64,000 nt of DNA from Candidatus Hydrogenedentota bacterium (GCA_045863295.1 BTWA01000013.1:1-64000), one strand, 5' to 3'. Positions 40,085 through 50,530 are shown, numbered from the stretch's first letter. Notes: generated by a model not told the origin, from the letters alone. Numbers and translations are program-made.

Positions 40085-41242
40085 GTCGAACAGGGCGACA
40101 CCGTTCGCGGGGCGCGAGACGATGATGGTCCCCTCCCTACCGGTTTCGCGGCGGTATGAGGAGAGAAGGGCACTGCCAAACGATTCGACGCAATCGGCAT
40201 TCACGAGGCTTACGGTGCAACCGCCAAACCCGGCGCCTGTCATGCGGGAACCGTGGCATCCCGGTTGTTCGCGTGCGATCCGGGTCATGGTGTCCAACTC
40301 CGAACACGTCACTTCGTAGTTGGTTCGCAGGCTCGCATCCGACTCGTTCATCAATTGGCCGAATGTATTCGCATCCCCTTCGCGCAAGGCTTGCGCGGCT
40401 CGAACGGTACGAGAATTTTCGGAGAGCACATGCCGTGCGCGCCTGTATACCATATCCGGCATTGTATCTTTTGCCGCCTCCAAATCAGGCATGGTGAAAT
40501 CGCGCAATTGGAGGCCCGATTTTCCCAGAGCTTGGTTCAAGTGGGCGACGGCCTCGGAGCACTCGGAGACGCGGTCATTGTAGCTGGATGAGGCAAGGCC
40601 ACGGGACACCCGTGTATCCGAAATTACGAACACGGCATTTGGAATGGCCACGGGAATGGGCTGGCAGGTCAACATTCGGCAATCGATAAGAAGGGCATGA
40701 TCTTGAACGCCCATGCAAACGGCGAACTGATCCATGATGCCGCTTTGCAGACCCAGGACTTCGTTCTCCACGCGTTGTCCGATGCGGGACGCTGTTGGTC
40801 CGTCCATGGTGAAACCACCCAGTGCTTCGAATAGACGCAAGAAGGCCATTTCCAGACTTGCCGAACTGCTCAGTCCCGATGCCAGGGGCAGGTCGCCCGC
40901 GATCACGACGTTGGAGCCCATGGTGGCGAAGCCTACCTTTTGAAGGATGTGCGCCACGCCGCCTGCATATCGCATCCAGCCCGGCAGGGCCGGTGGCAAT
41001 GGCGAATCGAGATGAACGCAGCATCGCTCGTCAAAGTGCGTTGCGTACACGTTCATCATGAGATCGGTGCGTGGCCCGGCTAACAGGATGGTTTGCCGTT
41101 CAATGGCCATGGGCAGGACAAAGCCGCCATTGTAGTCGGTATGCTCTCCGATGAGGTTCACCCGTCCCGGGGAACGAATTGCAATGGCCGGTTCTCGGTT
41201 GAATTCGGATCGAAATAGACTTTTAAGTTTGTCCCTACTCAT
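40082..41242 (-). CDS. galK: Galactokinase
   Basis: PGRVNLIGEHTDYNGG, GLSSSAS, GIMDQ, GSRMTGAGFGG. Confidence 0.96.
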   Translation of the reverse strand: MSRDKLKSLFRSEFNREPAIAIRSPGRVNLIGEHTDYNGGFVLPMAIERQTILLAGPRTDLMMNVYATHFDERCCVHLDSPLPPALPGWMRYAGGVAHILQKVGFATMGSNVVIAGDLPLASGLSSSASLEMAFLRLFEALGGFTMDGPTASRIGQRVENEVLGLQSGIMDQFAVCMGVQDHALLIDCRMLTCQPIPVAIPNAVFVISDTRVSRGLASSSYNDRVSECSEAVAHLNQALGKSGLQLRDFTMPDLEAAKDTMPDMVYRRARHVLSENSRTVRAAQALREGDANTFGQLMNESDASLRTNYEVTCSELDTMTRIAREQPGCHGSRMTGAGFGGCTVSLVNADCVESFGSALLSSYRRETGREGTIIVSRPANGVALFD

Positions 41243-41287
41243 TTTGTCATCGCGTTGGAAAAGCGCCGCGCTGAAGGCATGGGCGTC

Positions 41288-42394
41288 TCAGAGGATGGAC
41301 TTTTCCGTGTCGATGTCAAAGTAGTGAGCGCGATCCATGGCCACGTCGAGCACGAGCTGCGTGTTCACTTCCGGTTCCACATCGGTGATGACGCGGGCCG
41401 TGATGGCGCGATCGCCGAGGGTCAAGTACAGGTTGATCTCCGAGCCCATGGGTTCCACGACTTCGACATTGGTGCGGATGCTGCCGCCGTCCTTGGGAAC
41501 CTGGTTGGGATTTTGCAGGAAGTGTTCGGGCCGGATACCCAGCGTGACTCGTTTGCCCGCGTACGGGGTGAGGGCTTCGCGATGGGACTGTGCGACATCG
41601 ACGTGGACGACCCCTGTCGCGTCACGGAAACGCATGGCGCCGTTTGAGGCTTCGATTGTGCCCTCGATGAAATTCATGGGCGGGCTTCCAATGAAGCCGG
41701 CGACGAATTTATTCACGGGTTTGTTGTATAACTCCAAAGGCGGCGCGATCTGCTGAATCTCTCCGCTCAGCATCACGACAATGCGATCGCCCATGGTCAT
41801 GGCTTCGACCTGATCGTGGGTTACATAGATCATGGTGGATTGCAGGCGCGTATGCAATTTGTTGATTTCCGCGCGCATCTGCACGCGCAACTTGGCATCC
41901 AGGTTCGAAAGCGGCTCGTCAAACAAGAACACCTTGGGTTGGCGCACAATTGCGCGGCCGACGGCGACTCGTTGGCGTTCGCCTCCGGACAGTGCCTTGG
42001 GTTTCCGGTCGAGCAGGTGTTCGATGCTGAGGATGCGCGCGGCTTCGCGCACGCGGCGGTCGATCTCGTCCTTTGGAAACCGCCGAAGCATCAAGCCGAA
42101 GGCCATGTTTTTGTAGACGGTCATGTGCGGGTAGAGTGCGTAATTCTGAAATACCATTGCGATGTCGCGATCTTTTGGGGGCACATCGTTGACCAGGGTA
42201 TCTCCGATGTGAATCTCTCCTGAAGAGATCTCTTCGAGTCCGGCGATCATACGAAGGGTGGTTGACTTGCCGCATCCGGAAGGGCCGACAAGAACGACAA
42301 ACTCCTTGTCTTCAACCACCAGACTCGCGCCCTTGACCGCAGGCACGCCGCCTGCGTACATCTTGCAGACATTCTGGAGTTCTACCCGCGCCAT
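41288..42394 (-). CDS. Carbohydrate ABC transporter ATP-binding subunit (MsmK/MalK/UgpC family)
   Basis: GPSGCGKS, FQNYALYPHM, LSGGERQRVA, DEPLSNLD, C-terminal OB/TOBE domain; no permeases adjacent. Confidence 0.93.
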   Translation of the reverse strand: MARVELQNVCKMYAGGVPAVKGASLVVEDKEFVVLVGPSGCGKSTTLRMIAGLEEISSGEIHIGDTLVNDVPPKDRDIAMVFQNYALYPHMTVYKNMAFGLMLRRFPKDEIDRRVREAARILSIEHLLDRKPKALSGGERQRVAVGRAIVRQPKVFLFDEPLSNLDAKLRVQMRAEINKLHTRLQSTMIYVTHDQVEAMTMGDRIVVMLSGEIQQIAPPLELYNKPVNKFVAGFIGSPPMNFIEGTIEASNGAMRFRDATGVVHVDVAQSHREALTPYAGKRVTLGIRPEHFLQNPNQVPKDGGSIRTNVEVVEPMGSEINLYLTLGDRAITARVITDVEPEVNTQLVLDVAMDRAHYFDIDTEKSIL

Positions 42395-42555
42395 GAATTG
42401 TCGCACTCCTTTAGAAGGCGGTTGGTATGACAGGCGATGCGCCCAAACGGGGGGCCTGATAAACTGCGGGATGATAACGCACGCTCAGAGATGAGTCAAG
42501 GCGATGCGCTCCGGTGGTAGAGGAAATATGTTTGCGCGGCGGTGACGTGCGGGGG

Positions 42556-42924
42556 TCAGATGGCGAACTGGTGTGCAAAGTGCTCTTCCATGCCGATGAT
42601 GTTGCCGTCGCCATCGCGGAATTGTGTGAAGCGCGGTCCGGACCCTTCCTGACGCGGAGGGTTGACTTCGACACCCATCTGTTCGAGCATTCGAACAGCC
42701 GCATCTATGTCATCCACGGCGAAGTAGGGAACGGGGCCGCAGCCAATGCCGCCGGCGCCGCGGGAGGCGTGCAACGCCAGCCGACCGGCCTTCTCATGGA
42801 CCAGCACGGCGTATTCGCCAGTTATGTGCCGCTCCACGGTGAAATCCAGGTGGTTGACATACCAGAGTACCGCCTGATCCACTGATGGGGTGTACAGCAT
42901 GACATAGGAGAACCCGGCGAACAT
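42556..42924 (-). CDS. VOC / glyoxalase family protein
   Basis: YFAVDDIDAAV and FRDGDGNIIG patterns; an alternative start at 42954 is coupled to the upstream stop. Confidence 0.85.
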   Translation of the reverse strand: MFAGFSYVMLYTPSVDQAVLWYVNHLDFTVERHITGEYAVLVHEKAGRLALHASRGAGGIGCGPVPYFAVDDIDAAVRMLEQMGVEVNPPRQEGSGPRFTQFRDGDGNIIGMEEHFAHQFAI

Positions 42925-42950
42925 GGCCCTTCCTTTCGCTTTGCAGTCCA

Positions 42951-45275
42951 TCACTCGCGTTCAAGAACACCGCGGATGGTACTTAGCAATTGAATTGCCG
43001 TAAACGGCTTTTCGATGAAGCCACTTGAGTAGGCGCGAATTTTGTCGTTAAACATCGATTGTTCAAAATATCCGGACATGAACACGATACGTTGATCGAG
43101 CATCAGCTCCTGCATTCGCTGTGCAAAATCCGGTCCGCTCACGGCAGGCATGACCACATCCGACAGGACGATGTTTACGGACTGGTTGCTCATGGCAAGG
43201 AGGTTAATCGCTTCTTCTCCATCCCTGGCCTCGAGCACTTTGTATCCGTATGTGGTCAAAGCCCGGCGGATATACTGCCGCACGCTGTCGTTGTCTTCAA
43301 CTACGAGTACCGTTTCCGAGCCCTGCAAGGTTTCGGGTGGCATGAACTCCGGCACATAGGCAACCGGCACGCCGCCCGCCTGTGCGCGAGGAAAGTATAC
43401 TTTGAATGTAGTACCGAATCCTTCTTCGCTGTAGACCCAGACGGTGCCACCGCTTTGCTTTACGATTCCATAGACGGTTGCCAGTCCGAGTCCGGTGCCT
43501 TTGCCCACTTCCTTGGTGGTAAAGAACGGTTCAAATATCCTGGCCTGTGTGGCTTGGTCCATGCCTGTGCCGGTATCCGACACAGTCAATTGCACGTACT
43601 CGCCGACTTCCGTCTCAAAATGACTGTCGACGTAGGCTTTGTCGAGGTAGGCGTTCTCCGTTCGGATTTGCAGCGAGCCGCCGTCGGGCATCGCGTCGCA
43701 CGCATTGACCACGAGATTCAGAATGACCTGTTCGATTTGCGCGGCATCGGCCCAGACCGGATGCACGGAACGTGAAAGGTCAGTAGCCAATTGAATGTGC
43801 TCGGGCACAACGCGCTTCAGCATGCGTTGCATATCGCCAACGATGACATTCAGATCCAGCAATTCCGGCCGCAATACCTGTTGTCTCGAAAATGCGAGCA
43901 ATTGCCGGGTCAGGTTGGCCGCGCTCTTGCCTGCTTTTTGAATCTGTATTACGTCCTCTTTCAGTGGATGTCCATCGTCGAGATCGGCAAGCACGAGTTC
44001 GGCATAGCCATTTATCGTGGTCAGAATATTGTTGAAGTCGTGGGCAATGCCGCTGGTGAGTTGGCCGAACGCGTCCATCCGCTGCAAGTGGCGCAATTGA
44101 TTTTCCAAGGCGACTTCGTTGGTCACGTCGCGTTGGGTGGCAACGTAGTTGACAATGGTGCCGCGCGCGTTCCGGACGGGAGTCACCGTGCAGTCCACTT
44201 CCACGATTTTACCGCTTTTAGATTTGTTGATGAACCGGCCCTGCCAGACTTTTCCCGCGCTGATTCCATTCCACATATCCTTGTAGGTCTTCGAATCCAT
44301 CCGGCCGCTTTTCAACATTCGCGGATTCTTTCCCAGCACTTCCTGCTCCGCGAACTCCGTGGTTTCGACGAATGCGGCATTTACGTACACAATGGCGCCG
44401 TTGGGATCCGTGATCATCACGGGATTGGCTGTCTGTTGGAGTGCCGTGGCCAGCCTGAGTTGTTCCATTTCTTCCGTATGTTTTTTTGTTTCGTCGCGAA
44501 GGACCAGGACGCAGCCTTTGGTTTCCACGTCGGGACCTCCTTTTAGCGGATACACGCTCAAGCGTATGTAGCGCGGGCCATGTTCGTTGGAAGGCGCCAA
44601 TTCAAATCCGAATTCGGCTTCCTGCGTACACTGCACCAAGTCCTTGCAGGAGAAGTTCTCGTCCTTGTTTTCGTAGGCGCCGCACGATTTGGTCAGGCCG
44701 TACCGATCGCCCCACAGTGTTACATTGACCAGCGGTTCCTGTGCGGCGAGGATATCAAGCGCCTGCTGGTTGGCGATCAAACTGTTTCCATCAACGTCCG
44801 TCACCACGATGCCATCGGCGATGCTGTGCAGTACAGCCGAGAGAATATTGGTTTGCCTTTGCAGGGCCGCATCAACCCGTGTGCGTTCGATGGCATAGCG
44901 TATGGCCCGCGACAGCGTGCCGCCGTCAATACGGCCTTTGACGAGATAGTCCTGCGCTCCACTCCGTACCGCCTTGAGTGCGGTTTCCGCATCGTCCAGG
45001 CCCGATAACACGACCACCGGCACGGCCGGAAAAGCCTGTTTCAGGCGGTAGTAGGTATCCAAGCCGCTGGAATCGGGCAAGCCGAGATCGAGCAACACGA
45101 CTTCGAACGGGCTTTCCGAAAGGCGATCAAAGGCGGCAGACAGCCGATTCTCTGATGTGACGAGGAACTTGTGGCGGTCCTCCTCGATCAGCAATTCGCG
45201 TATGAGCCGGGCATCGCCCGGATTGTCTTCAATGAGCAATACGCCAATTGCGCCGGGTTGCATTTCCATTTCCAT
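42951..45275 (-). CDS. Hybrid histidine kinase (REC-PAS-PAS-HisKA-HATPase-REC)
   Basis: N-terminal REC (IEDN, LLDLGLPD), PAS domains, GIAHDFNN, NLVVNACDAM, FTTK..GKGTGLGL, C-terminal REC. Confidence 0.93.
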   Translation of the reverse strand: MEMEMQPGAIGVLLIEDNPGDARLIRELLIEEDRHKFLVTSENRLSAAFDRLSESPFEVVLLDLGLPDSSGLDTYYRLKQAFPAVPVVVLSGLDDAETALKAVRSGAQDYLVKGRIDGGTLSRAIRYAIERTRVDAALQRQTNILSAVLHSIADGIVVTDVDGNSLIANQQALDILAAQEPLVNVTLWGDRYGLTKSCGAYENKDENFSCKDLVQCTQEAEFGFELAPSNEHGPRYIRLSVYPLKGGPDVETKGCVLVLRDETKKHTEEMEQLRLATALQQTANPVMITDPNGAIVYVNAAFVETTEFAEQEVLGKNPRMLKSGRMDSKTYKDMWNGISAGKVWQGRFINKSKSGKIVEVDCTVTPVRNARGTIVNYVATQRDVTNEVALENQLRHLQRMDAFGQLTSGIAHDFNNILTTINGYAELVLADLDDGHPLKEDVIQIQKAGKSAANLTRQLLAFSRQQVLRPELLDLNVIVGDMQRMLKRVVPEHIQLATDLSRSVHPVWADAAQIEQVILNLVVNACDAMPDGGSLQIRTENAYLDKAYVDSHFETEVGEYVQLTVSDTGTGMDQATQARIFEPFFTTKEVGKGTGLGLATVYGIVKQSGGTVWVYSEEGFGTTFKVYFPRAQAGGVPVAYVPEFMPPETLQGSETVLVVEDNDSVRQYIRRALTTYGYKVLEARDGEEAINLLAMSNQSVNIVLSDVVMPAVSGPDFAQRMQELMLDQRIVFMSGYFEQSMFNDKIRAYSSGFIEKPFTAIQLLSTIRGVLERE

Positions 45276-45282
45276 ACTCCGT

Positions 45283-45723
45283 TCAGGCCGTCGGAAGTTT
45301 TACTACCGTAAGCCAGAAATCCTCGATACCGGATATGACCGTCATAAACTGATCGAAACCTACGGGTTTGTTGATGTAGCAATTTGCGTGCAGGTTGTAG
45401 GATTTGAGTATGTCCTGCTCCTGTATCGACGTGGTGAGAATGACCACGGGAATCCGGCGTAGTTCCGGATGTTCCTTAATTTCCTGCAGCACTTCCCGCC
45501 CGTCTTTGCGGGGGAGGTTCAGGTCGAGCAATACCAGATCGGGCCGGGTCGCTCCCGCGTAGATACCGCGCTGCATAATGTACTCGATAGCGTTGACGCC
45601 GTCATTGACCACGGCAATCCGGTTGCAAACTTTTGCGTCTTTGAATGCCTCGATGGTGAGCCGGACGTCGGCGGGGTTGTCTTCGACGAGCAGAATTTCG
45701 ATGGGGCGATCATTTCGTGACAT
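45283..45723 (-). CDS. Single-domain response regulator (Rcp1-like)
   Basis: [43 protein letters not shown]. Confidence 0.93.
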   Translation of the reverse strand: MSRNDRPIEILLVEDNPADVRLTIEAFKDAKVCNRIAVVNDGVNAIEYIMQRGIYAGATRPDLVLLDLNLPRKDGREVLQEIKEHPELRRIPVVILTTSIQEQDILKSYNLHANCYINKPVGFDQFMTVISGIEDFWLTVVKLPTA

Positions 45724-47710
45724 GCGCCATATCCTCGTTTTGTACCGCGGTCAACGTGAAGTAAAACGTGGAACCGAGTCCGGGTTCGGATTCGACCCAT
45801 ATTTTTCCACCGTGCCGGTCTACAATCCGTTTGCAGATGGCCAGACCGATGCCGGTTCCCGGATATTGTTCCCGAGTGTGCAGCCGCTGGAATATCAAGA
45901 AAATCCGCTGATTGTATTCCTTTTCAATGCCAATGCCATTGTCTCTCACTGAAAAGATCCAAGACGTGCCGTTCCGAACGGCGCTCACATGCACATGAGG
46001 CGAATCCTTGCCGCGAAACTTCAATGCATTTGCAATCAGATTCTGAAAGAGCTGAACCAGTTGGGTTTCGTCAGCCATGACCTCGGGCAATGAATCAGAT
46101 GTCACGGTTGCTTCCGCATTGCGAACGGCGGCCTGCAAATTGGCCACGGCGCTTTTGAGCGCCTGTTCGCTGGGTGTTGGAAGAATCTCACGGCCACGGC
46201 GGCCCACGCGGGAAAGCGACAGGAGGTCGTTAATCAGTTGGTGCATTCGATTTGCGCCTTCGATGGCGAAGGCGATGAACTCCCTGGCATCGGAATCCAG
46301 CTTGTCGGCATAGCGGCGTTCCAATAGCTGGACGTAGCTTCCGACCATTCTCAGTGGCTCCTGCAAATCGTGAGAGGCCACGTAGGCAAATTGTTCCAAT
46401 TCGTTGTTTGAGCGCTCCAATTCCTGGGTGTACCGGGCCAATTCGTCCTGGGTCTTTTTGCGACTCGTTACGTCGACGATCACGGCGAACACATAGGATG
46501 AGTCGCCAGTCTCGACGGGGCTCAGCCCGATCTCGGCTGGGAATTCCGTCTTGTCTTTTCGGCATCCGAACACTTGGCGGTCGGCGCCCATGGGTCTTGT
46601 CGTTTGTTCCTTCATATACGACGTCCGTAGGGCGGCGTGGTCGTGCCGAGCGCGCCCTGGCACGAGGCGGTCGACATTCATGGAGAGCAATTCGCGCTGG
46701 GAGTAGCCAAACATGCCTGCCGCCACAGGATTGGCCTGCACAATGCCGCCGTTTTTATCCACTATCAACATGCCGTATGGCGCGGATTCGAAGGCAACCG
46801 TAAACAGACCCTGCAATTGGCGTTGTATCATGTCCGCCTTGTTCAGCCCGCGTGCATTCCACCATATGAGAAAGCTGGAACCTGCTGTGAGACCCACCAG
46901 CAGAATCGCCATGCCGGCACTCGACGTGTAGAATCCTTGCTTTTGTCCCCACCACAGCAAGTAAAAGCTGAGGACGGGCGCAAATACCGCAACGGGAATC
47001 ATGCGCCGAGCCATGGCCGCGCCGATGTAGCCGCTATTGAACTCGGCCATAAGGCCTTGATGCGGTCTGGCAGACAAGTACGCCACGCATACCACCAAGA
47101 ATAGACTCGCCGTTTGAAACGACATTTGGGTGTATGAGGTAAGCGAACTCGCCGAGATTGTGAATAGCCGGGCGACGAAGTTAACAAAAGCGGTAAATGC
47201 GAGTATGGCAACCGCATATTGAAACGGCAGTTCACGCCCGAATAGCCGGGTATCCATGAAGATGGTTGCTATTCCAAGAATCACAAACGCGATGGAGGTG
47301 CTCAGAGCCATCCGGTTGGGGTGTTCAATGACCCCATGATTGGCGGTGTCTTCAATCAGGATTTCGTCCACCAACAGGTCCACGTCGAATACATGCTGGG
47401 CCACGGTCAGTGCGGCGATGAGCGTGGCAAGCAGTGCGAGGGCTTGCCCGGCGCTATACCCGTTACGCGAAGTGGAATACGGATGCCGGGATTGGATTGC
47501 AAGGGCAAGGCAGATGAGCAGGAAGCAGAGGGCCGTGTTGAATACGATAATGCCCATGGCGGGATAGAATGTCCGGAGCAAGGGCCAATTCAGCACCCAA
47601 CTCAACACGACCGCACCGCTTCCGGCGATGCCCAGCGTTAGAGAGACATACAGCAATGGATTGCTTCGAACCGGCTGCGCACTTGTGGGGGGCTTCAGCG
47701 GCATGGCCAA
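45710..47710 (-). CDS. Membrane-bound PAS sensor histidine kinase (Cph1-like kinase core)
   Basis: About 8 N-terminal TM helices, a PAS domain, [33 protein letters not shown]. Confidence 0.92.
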   Translation of the reverse strand: MAMPLKPPTSAQPVRSNPLLYVSLTLGIAGSGAVVLSWVLNWPLLRTFYPAMGIIVFNTALCFLLICLALAIQSRHPYSTSRNGYSAGQALALLATLIAALTVAQHVFDVDLLVDEILIEDTANHGVIEHPNRMALSTSIAFVILGIATIFMDTRLFGRELPFQYAVAILAFTAFVNFVARLFTISASSLTSYTQMSFQTASLFLVVCVAYLSARPHQGLMAEFNSGYIGAAMARRMIPVAVFAPVLSFYLLWWGQKQGFYTSSAGMAILLVGLTAGSSFLIWWNARGLNKADMIQRQLQGLFTVAFESAPYGMLIVDKNGGIVQANPVAAGMFGYSQRELLSMNVDRLVPGRARHDHAALRTSYMKEQTTRPMGADRQVFGCRKDKTEFPAEIGLSPVETGDSSYVFAVIVDVTSRKKTQDELARYTQELERSNNELEQFAYVASHDLQEPLRMVGSYVQLLERRYADKLDSDAREFIAFAIEGANRMHQLINDLLSLSRVGRRGREILPTPSEQALKSAVANLQAAVRNAEATVTSDSLPEVMADETQLVQLFQNLIANALKFRGKDSPHVHVSAVRNGTSWIFSVRDNGIGIEKEYNQRIFLIFQRLHTREQYPGTGIGLAICKRIVDRHGGKIWVESEPGLGSTFYFTLTAVQNEDMAHVTK

Positions 47711-47815
47711 AATGTTCCACTCTTGAGCAAGTCTCGCTACGACAATAGGTAATTATAGTGTATTAATTGTTTCCTTTTGTCAATATTCCGGGTTTGCGAA
47801 AATTCTTGATGGCGT

Positions 47816-48045
47816 TAGCCCGCATTTTGCGCCACGCTTAAACCGTGCGTGGAAGACTGAAGTACAGTCTCTGGGAACGAACGAGTACAGTCGTTGCGGT
47901 GCAAAATGTTCACACAGAATTGTTTGGGCTTGAAACGCTAAGGATATTTCACGAGCACACCGTACTTACATCGGATGGGTCAATGGTCCGGTGGATTGGT
48001 TGTTACACAGTCAATTGGACAATGTCGTGAAATATCCGGGGTTTA
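47816..48045 (+). mobile_element. MITE-like dispersed repeat, copy 3
   Basis: Starts TA-GCCCGCATTTTGCGCCACGC and ends TCGTGAAATATCCGGG; homologous to copies 1 and 2, with a roughly 23-nt insertion that duplicates GTACAGTC. Confidence 0.8.
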
Positions 48046-48065
48046 GAGTTGCAGTAGTTGCTTAC

Positions 48066-48101
48066 AAAAAAGGGGTGCCGCACCCGTATGTGCGGCACCC
48101 C
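48066..48101 (-). terminator. Intrinsic terminator of fba
   Basis: 12-bp stem GGGGTGCCGCAC/GTGCGGCACCCC followed by TTTTTT on the minus strand. Confidence 0.85.
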
Positions 48102-48125
48102 CAGCAGCTAATATTTCGAAACCGG

Positions 48126-49184
48126 CTACTTTACGCCTGCAGCCGCTTCTTGCACGTAGAACGCTTTGAAATCGCCCAAGGACTTGGGGGCGTAGTCTCC
48201 GGCATGGCCCGCTTGGCCAAAGGCCAGCATGCGCGCCTTGTACATTTCCGTCGCGGCCGCACGGGCGGGTGTGAGCCAGTCGCGGGGGTCGAATTTGTCG
48301 GGGTGTTCGACAAAGACCTTGCGCACCGCGCCGGTCATGGCCAGCCGCATGTCCGTGTCCACATTGATTTTGCGAACGCCGTGCTTGATGCCATCCTGAA
48401 TCTGTTCGACCGGGATGCCGTAGGCACCCTTCATTTGGCCGCCGTACTTGTTGATGACGTCCACGAGCTCTTTGGGCACCGAGCTTGAGCCGTGCATCAC
48501 CATGTGGCAGTTGGGCATGCGGCCGTGAATATCGTGGATACGTTCCATGGCCAGGGCCGGAGGCATAGTCTCTCCGGTTTTGGGATTGACTCGCAACGAT
48601 TTGTACGCGCCGTGGCTTGTGCCAATGGCCACCGCCAAGGCATCCACGCCTGTCAGCGCGACAAATTCCTCGGCTTGTGCCGGGTCGGTGAGGTGGGATG
48701 TGTCGTCCAAGTCAATGCCGGCTCCGTGGCCGTCTTCAATACCGCCGAGGCACCCCAATTCGCCTTCGACTGTCACTCCGACAGCGTGGGCCATTTCCAC
48801 GACTTCGCGGGTTACGCGCACGTTTTCTTCGTAGGAATTGGGGGTCTTGCCGTCTTCGCCGAGCGAGCCGTCCATCATTACCGAGGTGAAGCCGAGTTCG
48901 ATGGCTTTCTTGCAGCTATCCGGGCTGTTGCCATGATCCAGATGGAGCGCGACCGGAATTTCGGGGTGCAATTCGACCGCCGCGAGGACGAGGTTGCGCA
49001 GGTACAGCTGCTGGGCATATTTCAAGGCGCCGCGGCTGACCTGAATAATCACCGGGCTCTTGGTTTCCACGGCGGCGCCCATGATGGCTTGGATTTGTTC
49101 CATGTTGTTGACGTTGAAAGCGCCAACGCCATAGCCGCCTTTCGCGGCTTCGTCGAGAATCTGTCGCATAGGCACGAGCGCCAT
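48126..49184 (-). CDS. fba: Fructose-bisphosphate aldolase class II
   Basis: [45 protein letters not shown]. Confidence 0.96.
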   Translation of the reverse strand: MALVPMRQILDEAAKGGYGVGAFNVNNMEQIQAIMGAAVETKSPVIIQVSRGALKYAQQLYLRNLVLAAVELHPEIPVALHLDHGNSPDSCKKAIELGFTSVMMDGSLGEDGKTPNSYEENVRVTREVVEMAHAVGVTVEGELGCLGGIEDGHGAGIDLDDTSHLTDPAQAEEFVALTGVDALAVAIGTSHGAYKSLRVNPKTGETMPPALAMERIHDIHGRMPNCHMVMHGSSSVPKELVDVINKYGGQMKGAYGIPVEQIQDGIKHGVRKINVDTDMRLAMTGAVRKVFVEHPDKFDPRDWLTPARAAATEMYKARMLAFGQAGHAGDYAPKSLGDFKAFYVQEAAAGVK

Positions 49185-49402
49185 GGTTTCCCTCTCCTAA
49201 TCACTTCCGGGTTGATGTGTTTTCTTTCTTAAGAATCGCCCGCGCCGCACCTGGAAGGAAGGTAAGGAAGCGCCGTAAGGAGCCATGCCCGCGAGCGGTA
49301 TTCGAAGGCCTAGTTTAGCACGCGTAGGCGGGAAAGTGCAAAAGTGACACGGTCTTCCGGCCCGCGGAATGCCCATGGCACGGAATCTGGCCGCGGCAAT
49401 TA

Positions 49403-50530
49403 TTATCCCAACGCGTACAGCCGGAAGGCGCTGTCTTTTTGGGTGTCCAACATGGCGACGGCTTCGGCGGCCAGTTCGTGGGGGGAGCGCGCCGCCGCTT
49501 CACCGAAGACCTTTCCCCGATCGGGCAACGGCCCCCAACGGTCCCAGTTGTTTTTGAGAAACACGGCCAATGCAGGCACGTGCAGGGCACATGCCGCATG
49601 CATGAGGCCTGTATCCGCACCCACATATAGGTTGCACTGCGCCAGAATGGCCGAGACGTTTCGGAATGGCATCGGTTCAAGAACTACCGTACCCGCCGGG
49701 GCCATCCGTTCGATTTGGCTTTGCATCGACCGTTCATCCGGACCCAATGGAATGACGATGCGGACGCCGGCCGCCGCGAGGAGCCGCGCGGTTTCCATGT
49801 ATTTTTCCACAGGCCAGCGTTTGCCTTTCCGGCTTCGGCCCGCGGGAAACACCATAACGATCGGTTCGCGCTCAGGAACAAGATCATGTGCGTCCATCCA
49901 GGACCGAGCCGAGCGCAATTCCATGGCTGTGAGATTGAGGCGCATTCTAGGCGGAGCCATGTCAATGCCCATGTGGCTTGCCATGTGCGCCCACCGTTGT
50001 TCGCGATGGCCTCGTTTCGGCGGCATGGGAATCGGTCTGCTGTACGCGGTTGTCCGGCCGGATGAGCGGACACCCATCTTGCAGGGGGATGAGGCGAGGG
50101 CGACCAACAAGCCATCCACCTTGGCGCCAAACCCGCCGTCTATTATCACATCGTACGCTTCCGATTCGACGCTGCGCAGTAGCGACAAAAGGCGCCAGGG
50201 TTTGTAGAGCATCTCCCGGTGAAACTCGTGAAATCGCGCGATTCCCAATCCATCCAATAGCGTCCGCGTGTTTCGGTGTGCCAGAAAATGAACCTGCGCA
50301 AAGGGGAACGCACGATTTGCGAATTCGACGGAAGGGCTCGCCAGCAGTGTATTTCCCAGTCGTTGATTGGTGCGAACGACCAGGACTTTTCGCGCCCTCA
50401 TTCGATGGAGGTCGAATTCGGCTTGGGACATGAGGTCCGCGTTGAATACCCGCCCGCGCATGAGGCGAGACGCCAAAGCTACACCGTACGGAATACGGCG
50501 TTGAGACAACAGACCTCCGCGATGGCACAT
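49403..50530 (-). CDS. Glycosyltransferase family 9 (heptosyltransferase-like)
   Basis: RLGNTLLASP, KRWPVEKY, GPDE, GADTGLMHAACAL; start uncertain. Confidence 0.82.
   Translation of the reverse strand: MCHRGGLLSQRRIPYGVALASRLMRGRVFNADLMSQAEFDLHRMRARKVLVVRTNQRLGNTLLASPSVEFANRAFPFAQVHFLAHRNTRTLLDGLGIARFHEFHREMLYKPWRLLSLLRSVESEAYDVIIDGGFGAKVDGLLVALASSPCKMGVRSSGRTTAYSRPIPMPPKRGHREQRWAHMASHMGIDMAPPRMRLNLTAMELRSARSWMDAHDLVPEREPIVMVFPAGRSRKGKRWPVEKYMETARLLAAAGVRIVIPLGPDERSMQSQIERMAPAGTVVLEPMPFRNVSAILAQCNLYVGADTGLMHAACALHVPALAVFLKNNWDRWGPLPDRGKVFGEAAARSPHELAAEAVAMLDTQKDSAFRLYALG

Noticed and set aside
47845..48030. 61-aa ORF in repeat copy 3, similar to the end of ORF 431..754
   Set aside because: The similarity comes from the DNA repeat; the same frame has a stop (TAG) in copy 2 and there is no RBS.
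47811..48045. Repeat as an integron attC site (GTTAGCC at the left edge, long hairpin)
   Set aside because: No matching RYYYAAC/GTTRRRY pair in all copies, no cassette array and no integrase; the TA-flanked TIR model fits better.
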